From Pleomorphochaeta sp. (GTDB lineage Bacteria; Spirochaetota; Spirochaetia; Sphaerochaetales; Sphaerochaetaceae), in assembly GCA_050031695.1 (NCBI GenBank), contig JBNAIC010000029.1, positions 16,034 through 80,033 of the forward strand: DNA of 64,000 nucleotides. Direction: 5' to 3'. This document shows positions 46,639-55,589 of the stretch, piece after piece; the first letter of the stretch is position 1, and every line of letters starts with the position of its first letter. The notes under the pieces are model-generated. The model was not told the DNA's origin, ran no database searches, and worked only from the letters and a program-made list of their open reading frames with translations. Both the position numbers and the translations under genes were made by a program.

Positions 46639-47526
46639 ATGTTAATTCTAATTTCTGATGCTTTTGATGATTCATTAGCTGACAAATTATCAGTATTTGG
46701 CGAAGTAACTGATGATAAAGCTAGACTCAGTGAAGCTAATGTAGTTCTTGTAAGATCTAAGACTACATGTACAAAAGAGTATATCGACCAAGCACCAAAT
46801 TTGAAACTTATTATTAGAGGTGGTGTTGGTATCGATAATATCGATAAAGAATATGCTGAATCAAAAGGTATTACAGTTCGTAATACACCTAAAGCATCTT
46901 CTGTTGCTGTAGCTGAATTAGTTATGGCTCATTTAATCGCTGCTCCTTCTCATTTAATTGAATACAATAATGGTATGAAAGAAGGCAAATGGTTAAAGAA
47001 ACAAATAAAGAGAACTGAACTTTATGGAAAAACTTTATGTTTGTTTGGTATCGGTAATATTGCTCAAAAAGTTGCTGAAAGAGCTGCTGCATTTGGTATG
47101 AAAGTTGTTGCATATGATAAATATGTTTCACAAAGCGATAAAGCTGAAATGAAAGCAACTCCTGAAGAAGCAATTAAAGATGCTGATTATGTATCTCTAC
47201 ACATGCCTTTAACAGATGAAACACGTGGTATGATTTGTGAAAAAATGTTATCTAATTGTTCAAAAGTACCTGTTGTTATTAATACATGTCGTGGTCCTGT
47301 AGTTGATGCAGATGATATGTGTGCAGCTTTAGAAAACGGTAAAGTAGCATTATATTGTACTGATGTATACCCAAGTGATCCACCAAGTGAAGATTACCCA
47401 ATCTTAAAACAAGAAAAAGTTATTTTAACACCTCATGCAGGTGCTAATACTAAAGAAAATTTATTGCGTATTGGTGAAGAAGCTTATGCAATTATCGATG
47501 AACTTTCTAAGGGAGGAAAGCTTTAA
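46639..47526 (+). CDS. serA: D-3-phosphoglycerate dehydrogenase, short form without ACT domain
   Basis: D-2-hydroxyacid dehydrogenase blocks GIGNIAQKVA, NTCRGPVVD and TPHAG. Translationally coupled (TAATG) to serC. Confidence 0.82.
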   Translation: MLILISDAFDDSLADKLSVFGEVTDDKARLSEANVVLVRSKTTCTKEYIDQAPNLKLIIRGGVGIDNIDKEYAESKGITVRNTPKASSVAVAELVMAHLIAAPSHLIEYNNGMKEGKWLKKQIKRTELYGKTLCLFGIGNIAQKVAERAAAFGMKVVAYDKYVSQSDKAEMKATPEEAIKDADYVSLHMPLTDETRGMICEKMLSNCSKVPVVINTCRGPVVDADDMCAALENGKVALYCTDVYPSDPPSEDYPILKQEKVILTPHAGANTKENLLRIGEEAYAIIDELSKGGKL

Positions 47527-48608
47527 TGTCACGTAAACATAATTATTTTGCAGGTCCATCAGTATTACCTATGGATGTTTTAAATACTTTAGAAAAAGAA
47601 ATAAAAGATTACCAAGGTAATGGTCAATCAATGATTGAAACTTCACACCGTGGAGCAATGTTTGCTAACATGTATGCTGATTGTCAAAACTTATTTAGAG
47701 AATTATTAGGTATTGGTGATGATTATGATGTATATTTCTTAGGTGGTGGAGCAACTTTACAATTTTCAATGATTCCAATGAACTTCTTACGTCCTAACAC
47801 TGTTGCTGATTATATCAAGAGTGGTACTTGGGCAAATGGTGCATGTGCTGATGCTGAAAAATACGGTAAAGTTAATTATTACTTTGATGGTACAGATTCA
47901 AAATTCACAACTCTTCCTGATCCAAAGACAGTAAAACCTTCAGAAAATTCTTCATACCTATATCTTTGTTCTAATGAAACAATTGGTGGTATAGAATGGC
48001 AAGATTTCCCTGAAACAGGTGATGTTCCTTTAATTGCTGATATGTCTTCTGATATTTTATCTCGTCCTGTAGATGTTAATAAGTTCTCAATGATTTATGG
48101 TGGTGTTCAAAAAAATCTTGGACCAGCTGGTGCAACTTTTATTATCATGAAAAAAGATATGCTTGATAGAAGAAATTCTAACTTAGCAAAATATTTTGAT
48201 TACTCAAAACATGCAGGTGCTAATGGTTTATTAAATACTCCTCCAGTATTCTCAATTTGGGGTGTAAAATTAGTACTCGAATGGGTAAAAAATAACGGTG
48301 GTGCTCAAGGAATGCTTGACAGAGCTAATAAAAAGAGTGGTATAATTTACGATGTACTTGATTCTTCTGATTTCTATAGATCTCCAGTTGACCCAAATTA
48401 TAGATCAAGAATGAATATTGTATTTAGAGCTCCTAATGAAGAATTAGAAAAGAAATTCTTAGAAGAAGCTGCTAAAGAAGATATGTTAGGATTAAAAGGA
48501 CATAGAAGTGTTGGTGGCTTAAGAGCAAGCTTATATAATGCATGTCCAATTGAAGATGTTAATGTATTAGCTCAATTTATGAAAGAATTTGAAAGGAAAA
48601 ATGGTTAA
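47526..48608 (+). CDS. serC: phosphoserine aminotransferase
   Basis: NYFAGPSVLP, SHRG and GGVQKNLGPAG (PLP Lys), with a 360-aa SerC layout. Confidence 0.95.
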   Translation: MSRKHNYFAGPSVLPMDVLNTLEKEIKDYQGNGQSMIETSHRGAMFANMYADCQNLFRELLGIGDDYDVYFLGGGATLQFSMIPMNFLRPNTVADYIKSGTWANGACADAEKYGKVNYYFDGTDSKFTTLPDPKTVKPSENSSYLYLCSNETIGGIEWQDFPETGDVPLIADMSSDILSRPVDVNKFSMIYGGVQKNLGPAGATFIIMKKDMLDRRNSNLAKYFDYSKHAGANGLLNTPPVFSIWGVKLVLEWVKNNGGAQGMLDRANKKSGIIYDVLDSSDFYRSPVDPNYRSRMNIVFRAPNEELEKKFLEEAAKEDMLGLKGHRSVGGLRASLYNACPIEDVNVLAQFMKEFERKNG

Positions 48609-48613
48609 TAAAA

Positions 48614-49069
48614 ATGATTAAAAAAGTAGATGATACCAATAAGCAAATAATTCGTGATTTAATTGATGGCAGAAAACCTTTTAGTGCTATTGCTGATAAT
48701 CAAGGGATAACAGAAAATACTGTACGCTCTAGAGTTAATAAGCTTATTGAAGAAGGTATCCTTTCAGTAACTGGTTTAGTTGATCCTGAATTAATTCCTG
48801 GATTACAAGTTGTAATGATGGGTGTTAAATTAAATACTCTTGACTTAGATAAAAAAGCAATAGAATTTGCTGAACTCAGAGGCGTTGTCTCTGTAGCTGT
48901 AGTTACCGGTCGTTATGATTTAATGGTTCAATTAATTTTAAACGAAGATGATGATATGACATTATTAGACTTCTTTAAAAATGAAATTGGAAAAATTGAA
49001 GAAGTTGCTGATGTTGAAACTTTTATTGTCTATCAATCTCATAATTTAAAAGTACCATACGTTTTATAA
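48614..49069 (+). CDS. Lrp/AsnC-family transcriptional regulator
   Basis: HTH (FSAIADNQGITENTVRSRVNKL) followed by a RAM/ligand-binding domain. Confidence 0.88.
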   Translation: MIKKVDDTNKQIIRDLIDGRKPFSAIADNQGITENTVRSRVNKLIEEGILSVTGLVDPELIPGLQVVMMGVKLNTLDLDKKAIEFAELRGVVSVAVVTGRYDLMVQLILNEDDDMTLLDFFKNEIGKIEEVADVETFIVYQSHNLKVPYVL

Positions 49070-49091
49070 AGTTTTATAAAATATTTGAATA

Positions 49092-49129
49092 AATCTACTG
49101 TATCTTAATTGGTATAGTAGATTTTTTTT
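49092..49129 (+). terminator. terminator of serA operon
   Basis: AATCTACT...AGTAGATT stem followed by T8. Confidence 0.65.
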
Positions 49130-49402
49130 ATTATTTTTTTGTGGTTTAATTGAGGGATAATGATATAATGAATAATAGGTTAATAATCTAAATTTCTAAT
49201 AAATCTAATAATATTTATTTTAATATTCTTGATTATTAGAATAATCTACTATTTTATTATAAAATCCTAAAATAAAATACTAAGTGTTTAATTAAGTAGT
49301 GTATAAGTATTTTTATTAAGGTTGATTTTTTGTGTTTCTTTTAATATTGTTACTAATGAAAGTTAGATGTTTTTAACTTATCTTAATTTATAGGGGTTAT
49401 TG

Positions 49403-51466
49403 ATGAAAGAAATAAATCCTTGGAGAAATTTTTCTGGTTATAATTGGAAAAATGAAGTAGATGTTAGAGATTTTATTCAAAATAACTATACACCATATTT
49501 AGGTGATGATAGTTTTTTAGAAAGTGCTACCCTTGATACAAAAGAATTATGGTCTAATATTTTAGATTTAGAGAAAAAGGAAAAAGAAAAAGGTGGCGTT
49601 TTAGATATGGATACAGATATCATATCTACAATAGTCAGCCATGGCCCATCATATATAGACAAGGAAAAAGAAAAAATAGTTGGTTTTCAAACTGATAAAC
49701 CATTTAAAAGATCACTACAACCTAATGGTGGTATAAGAATGGCTGAAAAAGCATTATCTGATAATGACTATAAAATAAATCCCTTTATCAAAGATTTTTA
49801 TACTAATCATAGAAAAACACATAATGCTGGAGTTTTTGATGTTTATACACAAGAAATGAGAGATTGTAGAAGATCTCATATTATCACTGGTTTACCTGAT
49901 GCATATGGTAGAGGTAGAATCATAGGAGATTATCGTCGAGTAGCTCTATATGGTTTAGATTATTTAATTAATGATAAGATTGCTCAAAAAGATTCAACAT
50001 CTACTATCATGAATAGTGATAATATTAGAGATAGAGAAGAATTAAGTGAACAAATTAGAGCACTAAAGGAGCTTAAAGAGTTAGGAATACTTTATGGTTT
50101 TGACATTAGTAAACCTGCTAAAAATACTCAAGAAGCTTTACAATGGTTATATTTTGGTTATTTAGCTGCTGTAAAAGAACAAAATGGTGCAGCAATGAGT
50201 TTAGGTAGAACTTCAACTTTTATTGATATTTATGTTACACGAGATTTAGAAGAAAAAACTTTCAGTGAAAAAGAAGTTCAAGAATTAATTGATCATTTCG
50301 TAATGAAATTAAGGTTAGTTAAATTTGCTAGAACTCCTGAATATAATGAATTATTTTCTGGTGATCCAACTTGGGTTACTGAAGCAATTGGTGGAATGGG
50401 AGTAGATGGAAGAACTCTAGTTACTAAAACAAGTTTTAGATATTTACATACATTAGAAAACCTTGGAGCTGCACCAGAACCTAATTTAACTGTACTTTGG
50501 AGTATAAACTTACCAATTGGATTTAAAAGATTTTGTGCTAAAACATCAATTAATTCTTCTTCTATACAATATGAGAATGATGATTTAATGAGAGTTAATA
50601 ATGGTGATGATTATGCAATTGCTTGTTGTGTCTCTTCAATGAAAGTTGGTAAAGAAATGCAATTTTTTGGTGCTAGAGCTAATTTAGCTAAGTGTTTACT
50701 ATATGCTATAAATGGTGGAATTGATGAAAAAAGTAAAATTCAAGTTGGTCCAAGTTATAAGCCAATAGATTCTATCTATTTGGATTATGATGAAGTAATA
50801 AATAAATATAATGATATGTTAAAATGGTTAGCAAGTGTTTATGTTAATACATTGAATATAATACATTATATGCATGATAAATACTCCTATGAAAGAATCC
50901 AAATGGCATTACACGATAAAGAAGTAAAAAGATATTTCGCAACTGGTATTGCTGGTTTATCAGTTGTAGCTGATTCTCTTTCTGCTATTAAGTATGCAAA
51001 AGTTAAAGTAATTAGAGATAATGATGGTTTAGCAATTGATTATGAAATAGATGGTGAATTCCCAAAATTTGGTAATGATGATGATAGAGTTGATAGTATC
51101 GCAAATCAAATAGTTAAAACTTTTATGAAATATGTAAGGCAGAATGATACTTATAGAAATAGTGTTGCTACAACGTCATTATTAACAATAACAAGTAATG
51201 TCGTTTATGGTAAAGCAACTGGTTCAACACCTGATGGAAGAAAAGAAGGTGTACCTTTTGCCCCTGGAGCTAATCCAATGCATCATAGAGATAAAAAAGG
51301 TGCGATAGCATCATTAAGCTCAGTTGCAAAACTACCATTTGGTGATGCTCAAGATGGAATATCTAATACTTTTTCTATAATTCCAGAAGCTTTAGGAAAA
51401 GATGATGATATATCTTTTGCAAATAAACCGCTTTGCGCATGTGAAATACCTAATATTGAATTATAA
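49403..51466 (+). CDS. pflB: pyruvate formate-lyase (formate C-acetyltransferase), large catalytic piece lacking the glycyl-radical tail
   Basis: Collinear with PflB through the active-site IACCVS and TPDGR...GANPMH...[16 protein letters not shown]. It then diverges into 19 unrelated residues and a stop. The RVSGY domain is absent. Confidence 0.93.
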   Translation: MKEINPWRNFSGYNWKNEVDVRDFIQNNYTPYLGDDSFLESATLDTKELWSNILDLEKKEKEKGGVLDMDTDIISTIVSHGPSYIDKEKEKIVGFQTDKPFKRSLQPNGGIRMAEKALSDNDYKINPFIKDFYTNHRKTHNAGVFDVYTQEMRDCRRSHIITGLPDAYGRGRIIGDYRRVALYGLDYLINDKIAQKDSTSTIMNSDNIRDREELSEQIRALKELKELGILYGFDISKPAKNTQEALQWLYFGYLAAVKEQNGAAMSLGRTSTFIDIYVTRDLEEKTFSEKEVQELIDHFVMKLRLVKFARTPEYNELFSGDPTWVTEAIGGMGVDGRTLVTKTSFRYLHTLENLGAAPEPNLTVLWSINLPIGFKRFCAKTSINSSSIQYENDDLMRVNNGDDYAIACCVSSMKVGKEMQFFGARANLAKCLLYAINGGIDEKSKIQVGPSYKPIDSIYLDYDEVINKYNDMLKWLASVYVNTLNIIHYMHDKYSYERIQMALHDKEVKRYFATGIAGLSVVADSLSAIKYAKVKVIRDNDGLAIDYEIDGEFPKFGNDDDRVDSIANQIVKTFMKYVRQNDTYRNSVATTSLLTITSNVVYGKATGSTPDGRKEGVPFAPGANPMHHRDKKGAIASLSSVAKLPFGDAQDGISNTFSIIPEALGKDDDISFANKPLCACEIPNIEL

Positions 51467-51480
51467 TTGGAGGAAATAGT

Positions 51481-51723
51481 ATGAAAGTAAATAATGCAAA
51501 AATAGATAATTTGGTTACAATGTTAGATGCTTATGTTAAAAAAGGTGGGCATCATCTAAATGTTAATGTTTTTAGTAAAGACACATTATTAAATGCACAA
51601 AAACATCCAGAATTATATCCTCAATTAACAGTTAGAGTATCTGGATATGCTGTAAACTTTAATAAATTAACAAAAGAACAACAAGATGAAGTTATTTCTA
51701 GAACTTTTCATGAGGAAATATAA
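51481..51723 (+). CDS. glycyl-radical domain subunit (severed C-terminal tail of PFL, GrcA-like in function)
   Basis: [10 protein letters not shown]...[37 protein letters not shown] equals the PflB C-terminus including the radical Gly. It has its own SD GGAGGA and ATG. Confidence 0.9.
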   Translation: MKVNNAKIDNLVTMLDAYVKKGGHHLNVNVFSKDTLLNAQKHPELYPQLTVRVSGYAVNFNKLTKEQQDEVISRTFHEEI

Positions 51724-51725
51724 AA

Positions 51726-52484
51726 TTGGGTAAAATTCATTCAATAGAAAGTTTTGGTACCGTAGATGGTCCTGGTATTAGATTTGTAATATTTTTTCAA
51801 GGGTGTCCACTTAGATGTAAATATTGTCATAATCCTGATTCGTGGAAAACTAATGCAGGCAAAGAAATGAGTGTCAAAACTTTATTGGATGAATATGAAA
51901 GAAACAAAGAATTTTATAAAAATGGTGGTATAACAGCAACTGGCGGTGAGCCTTTATATCAGTTAGAATTTTTAACTAAATTATTTACTGAAGCTAAAAA
52001 ACGTAATATTCATACTTGCTTAGACACCTCAGCTGGCTGTTTTGACTATAAAAACAAAGAAAAATATAACGATTTACTACTTAATACAGATTTAGTTCTT
52101 TTAGATATTAAACACAGCAATGAAAAAGCTCATAAAGATTTAGTTGGTATTAATATGGATCGACCCCTACAATTTCTAAAAGAATTGGATAAGAATAGAA
52201 TAAAAGTTATAATACGACATGTTTTAGTTCCAACAATAAGTGATTCTGAAGATCACTTAATTATGCTTGGTAAAATATTATCACCTTTTTCTAATATTTA
52301 TGGAATTGATGTATTACCTTATCATAAGATGGGAATTAAAAAATATGAAGAATTAAATATTAGTTATCCATTATTAAATATTGAAAATGCTACAGCTACT
52401 CAAGCAAGTGAAGCTAAAAAAATTATTATAGATTCTTATTATGAAAACAGAAAAATGTTTAAAAGAGACAAATATAAAGTATGA
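51726..52484 (+). CDS. pflA: pyruvate formate-lyase activating enzyme (radical SAM)
   Basis: GKIHSIESFGTVDGPGIRFVIFFQGCPLRCKYCHNPD, the canonical PflA N-terminus. TTG start preceded by GAGGA. Confidence 0.93.
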   Translation: MGKIHSIESFGTVDGPGIRFVIFFQGCPLRCKYCHNPDSWKTNAGKEMSVKTLLDEYERNKEFYKNGGITATGGEPLYQLEFLTKLFTEAKKRNIHTCLDTSAGCFDYKNKEKYNDLLLNTDLVLLDIKHSNEKAHKDLVGINMDRPLQFLKELDKNRIKVIIRHVLVPTISDSEDHLIMLGKILSPFSNIYGIDVLPYHKMGIKKYEELNISYPLLNIENATATQASEAKKIIIDSYYENRKMFKRDKYKV

Positions 52485-52717
52485 ATGTTTATGTATGTTT
52501 CATTCTTTTTTTTCATAATTATATTAATCAATGACCATTTAACATAAAAAAATGTTAATAAGAAAAAAACTCATACTATTAATTTAGCTATATATTATAA
52601 TATTTACAAAATTCCTTTAATTATTTTCTAAAATAGATTATTATAATAAAAGTTGTAATATTAATAAGTAAAATTTTTACAATAAAAATGTATTTATATA
52701 AATTTTGGAGTTTTATA

Positions 52718-53701
52718 ATGGCAAATTTAGAAACTAGTTTTATGGGCTTAAAGTTAAAGAACCCAATTATTGCTGCAAGTAGTCCTCTAACATCTAATTT
52801 AGATTCAATTAAAAAGTTAGAAGATTCTGGGGTAGGTGCAATAGTATTAAAATCTATATTTCAAGAGCAAATAGATAAAGACGCAGATTCAAATGTTGAT
52901 ATAGAGCAATCTTTTCTAAATCATGCAGATGCGTATGGTTTTTTAAGAGGTGCAAGTGAAGATCACTTTATTGATATGTATTTGACTTTAGTTGAAGATG
53001 CAAAAAAAGCATGTAGTGTTCCTATAATTGCTTCTTTAAATGGAGTAGGAAGTGGATCATGGATTAAAGAATATGCACCTAGATTTGCTTATTGTGGAGC
53101 TGATGCAATTGAAATTAATCATTATGAAATTGGATCAAACGCTAATTTAGATGGGAAAAAAATGGAAAAAGATTTTATAAAATTTGCTAAGATAGCAAGA
53201 AATGAAATTAAATTACCTTTATCAATTAAACTTGGTTCTAATTTTTCTTCTCCAGCAAATATTATTCGAGAATTAGATTTTTTAAAATATGATGGTATGG
53301 TTTTATTCAATCGTTTCTATAATCCTGATATCGATATTAATACAATTTCTATAAAAAGAGGTGAAGTTACATCAACAAATAATGAGTTTTATAGAAGCTT
53401 AAGATGGGTAGGCTTGATGAGCGAAGAAATTAATGCAGATATTTGTGCAAATACAGGTATTCATAATGGTGAGACATTAATTAAAATGATTTTAGCTGGT
53501 GCTTCTGCTGTTGAAATTTGTTCTGTCTTAATGCTAAACGATTTTGATTCAATAAATCTAATGCTTGAGCAATTAAATAATTGGATGGAAATGAAGAAAT
53601 ATTCTTCTATTAATGACTTTAAAGGAATTTTAGCACAAGAAAGAATGAGTGATCCAACACTTTGGGAAAGAACTCAATATATTAAATCATTACACGGTTA
53701 G
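52718..53701 (+). CDS. dihydroorotate-dehydrogenase-like flavoprotein (PyrD-like family)
   Basis: FMGLKLKNPIIAASSPLT, GAIVLKSIF and the TIM-barrel layout of DHOD-like proteins. ATG 52718 preferred. Confidence 0.78.
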   Translation: MANLETSFMGLKLKNPIIAASSPLTSNLDSIKKLEDSGVGAIVLKSIFQEQIDKDADSNVDIEQSFLNHADAYGFLRGASEDHFIDMYLTLVEDAKKACSVPIIASLNGVGSGSWIKEYAPRFAYCGADAIEINHYEIGSNANLDGKKMEKDFIKFAKIARNEIKLPLSIKLGSNFSSPANIIRELDFLKYDGMVLFNRFYNPDIDINTISIKRGEVTSTNNEFYRSLRWVGLMSEEINADICANTGIHNGETLIKMILAGASAVEICSVLMLNDFDSINLMLEQLNNWMEMKKYSSINDFKGILAQERMSDPTLWERTQYIKSLHG

Positions 53702-53710
53702 GGGAAATAA

Positions 53711-54853
53711 ATGGATTTAGAATCATATAGTGATATTTCTCCATTGTCAGGAGAACCCGCAAGAAAAGGGGTTAAATTACTTCAAAATAATTCTGATTAT
53801 ATAAAAAAATTATTAGCTATCTTATTAGACAATAGAAGCCCTGATTATTATCAACAAATAGCTATTCAAACAGAAGAAATAATTAAAGAACTTGATAAAG
53901 TATATAATTATGATGATTTTCAACGATATATTACATCAGGATATTTAATTCCAACATTACTAGATAGATCTGTTACTGAACTGACTTTTTCAGGTATGGA
54001 TAATTTAGCTGATAATGGTTCATATTTATTTTTTTCAAACCATAGAGATATTGTTTTAGATTGTGCATTACTAGATTATGTTTTATTAGAAAATAATAAA
54101 CAAATGTGTGAAATGGCATTTGGTGATAACTTAATGAGTAGCCAGGTTGCTGAAACTTTATTTAGATTAAATGGTGGTATTGTTGTAAAGCGTTCATTAC
54201 CATTGCGTGAAAAATATAAAGAATCTATTAGATTAAGTAAATATTTTTGTGAAACAATATTAGATAGAGATAAAAGTATTTGGGTTGCTCAAAAAAGTGG
54301 TAGATCTAAAGATGGGATAGATGTTACAAGTCCTGCAATAATTAAAATGTTATATCTTTCTATGAGAAAAAGTAAACTAACTTTTCCTGAATTAGTAAAT
54401 AAATGTAGAATTACACCTGTTGCAGTTTCTTATGAATATGACCCTTGTGATATAAATAAGAGTAGGGAGGAGATTTCTAAATTAATTAATGAAGGTAATT
54501 ATAACAAAAAGAAATATGAAGATATTATTTCATTAGTAAAAGGGTTGAGACAATTTAAAGGTAGAATACATGTACATGTTGGAAAGCCATTAACTGAAAA
54601 AGATTATTTAGATCACAATGAAGTTGCAAAAGAAATAGATAGACAAATACATTTAAATTATAAATTATGGCCTACTAATTTTTTTGCTTATGATTATTTA
54701 GAAAACTCATCTAGATTTAAAGATGAATATAAAGATTTTGACACAGAGAAATTTTTATCAAGATATTCACATTTAAAAGATGATGTTAAATTATATGCTT
54801 TAAATGCTTATGCTAATCCTGTTAGATCATATTTACAAGAAATTGAGAAATAA
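53711..54853 (+). CDS. PlsC-type lysophospholipid/glycerol acyltransferase family protein
   Basis: HX4D motif in FFSNHRDIVLD and a downstream GGIVVKR block. Confidence 0.72.
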   Translation: MDLESYSDISPLSGEPARKGVKLLQNNSDYIKKLLAILLDNRSPDYYQQIAIQTEEIIKELDKVYNYDDFQRYITSGYLIPTLLDRSVTELTFSGMDNLADNGSYLFFSNHRDIVLDCALLDYVLLENNKQMCEMAFGDNLMSSQVAETLFRLNGGIVVKRSLPLREKYKESIRLSKYFCETILDRDKSIWVAQKSGRSKDGIDVTSPAIIKMLYLSMRKSKLTFPELVNKCRITPVAVSYEYDPCDINKSREEISKLINEGNYNKKKYEDIISLVKGLRQFKGRIHVHVGKPLTEKDYLDHNEVAKEIDRQIHLNYKLWPTNFFAYDYLENSSRFKDEYKDFDTEKFLSRYSHLKDDVKLYALNAYANPVRSYLQEIEK

Positions 54854-54863
54854 AAAATCATAT

Positions 54864-55589
54864 ATGGCCCTATTATTAGGGCTATTATTGTTTCTAGTTT
54901 CTTGTGAATCTAAAGACTTTAGTATTTCTGATATTAATACAGAAATTCAAAATATATATGTCTTTTCAAAAGATTCAAATCTAGAAAATAATCAACTTAA
55001 ATTAGTTCTAAACTATCCAAGCTTAGCAATAGGTGTTCAAACTGTTGAAGATGAAGTTACTATAACAAATATTGTGATAGAAAATAAAACTAAGACTTTA
55101 TTATGGGATTTTGAACCTAAAAAACTTATAATTGATGAATTTACTTATTGGGGATCTAATAATATAAATTTGTCTTCATATAATTTTGATGATGGTGAAT
55201 ATAATATAAAAATATTAAATGATAAAGGAAAAACTGTTAATTCAAAGTTTTTTATTAGCAATAATATTAATGATTTATATAATTTTTATTGTTTTTATTA
55301 TGATAATAAAATAATAATTTCAAATCAAATAAATGATTATTCTAGATTTAAATTTAATCAAATTATATCCGAAGATAAAAAAATAGAAGTATCTTTTTAT
55401 GATACTTCTGATAATTTAATTAAAACTAGTTTTATTGATAATTATATTATAAATGATAGTTTTCCATTTATGATAGAATTAGATATGGATATAAATAATT
55501 TAAAATATATAACATTAGAATTTATTGATAATAATAGTGTTAAAAATTTAATTTCTATTAATTTAAGTTCTTCCAACAGCTTTTTTTAA
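54864..55589 (+). CDS. hypothetical lipoprotein
   Basis: MALLLGLLLFLVSC lipobox when started at ATG 54864. The earlier track start overlaps the acyltransferase gene. No recognisable domain. Confidence 0.55.
   Translation: MALLLGLLLFLVSCESKDFSISDINTEIQNIYVFSKDSNLENNQLKLVLNYPSLAIGVQTVEDEVTITNIVIENKTKTLLWDFEPKKLIIDEFTYWGSNNINLSSYNFDDGEYNIKILNDKGKTVNSKFFISNNINDLYNFYCFYYDNKIIISNQINDYSRFKFNQIISEDKKIEVSFYDTSDNLIKTSFIDNYIINDSFPFMIELDMDINNLKYITLEFIDNNSVKNLISINLSSSNSFF

Noticed and set aside
49130-49399. Search for an FNR/CRP-type box (TTGAT-N4-ATCAA) upstream of pflB. Only an ATTCT-N8-AGAAT inverted repeat was noticed, near 49225-49245.
   Set aside because: No match to the FNR consensus was seen. 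The short A/T-rich inverted repeat is not distinguishable from background.
49403-51723. Reading the pflB interruption as a frameshift pseudogene.
   Set aside because: The break is not a +1/-1 shift. About 70-80 nt of unrelated sequence separate the homologous parts, and that sequence provides a stop, a consensus SD and the spacing to an ATG. Both pieces keep intact catalytic motifs, and pflA is intact. I treat it as a probable functional split, but sequencing or assembly error still needs excluding.
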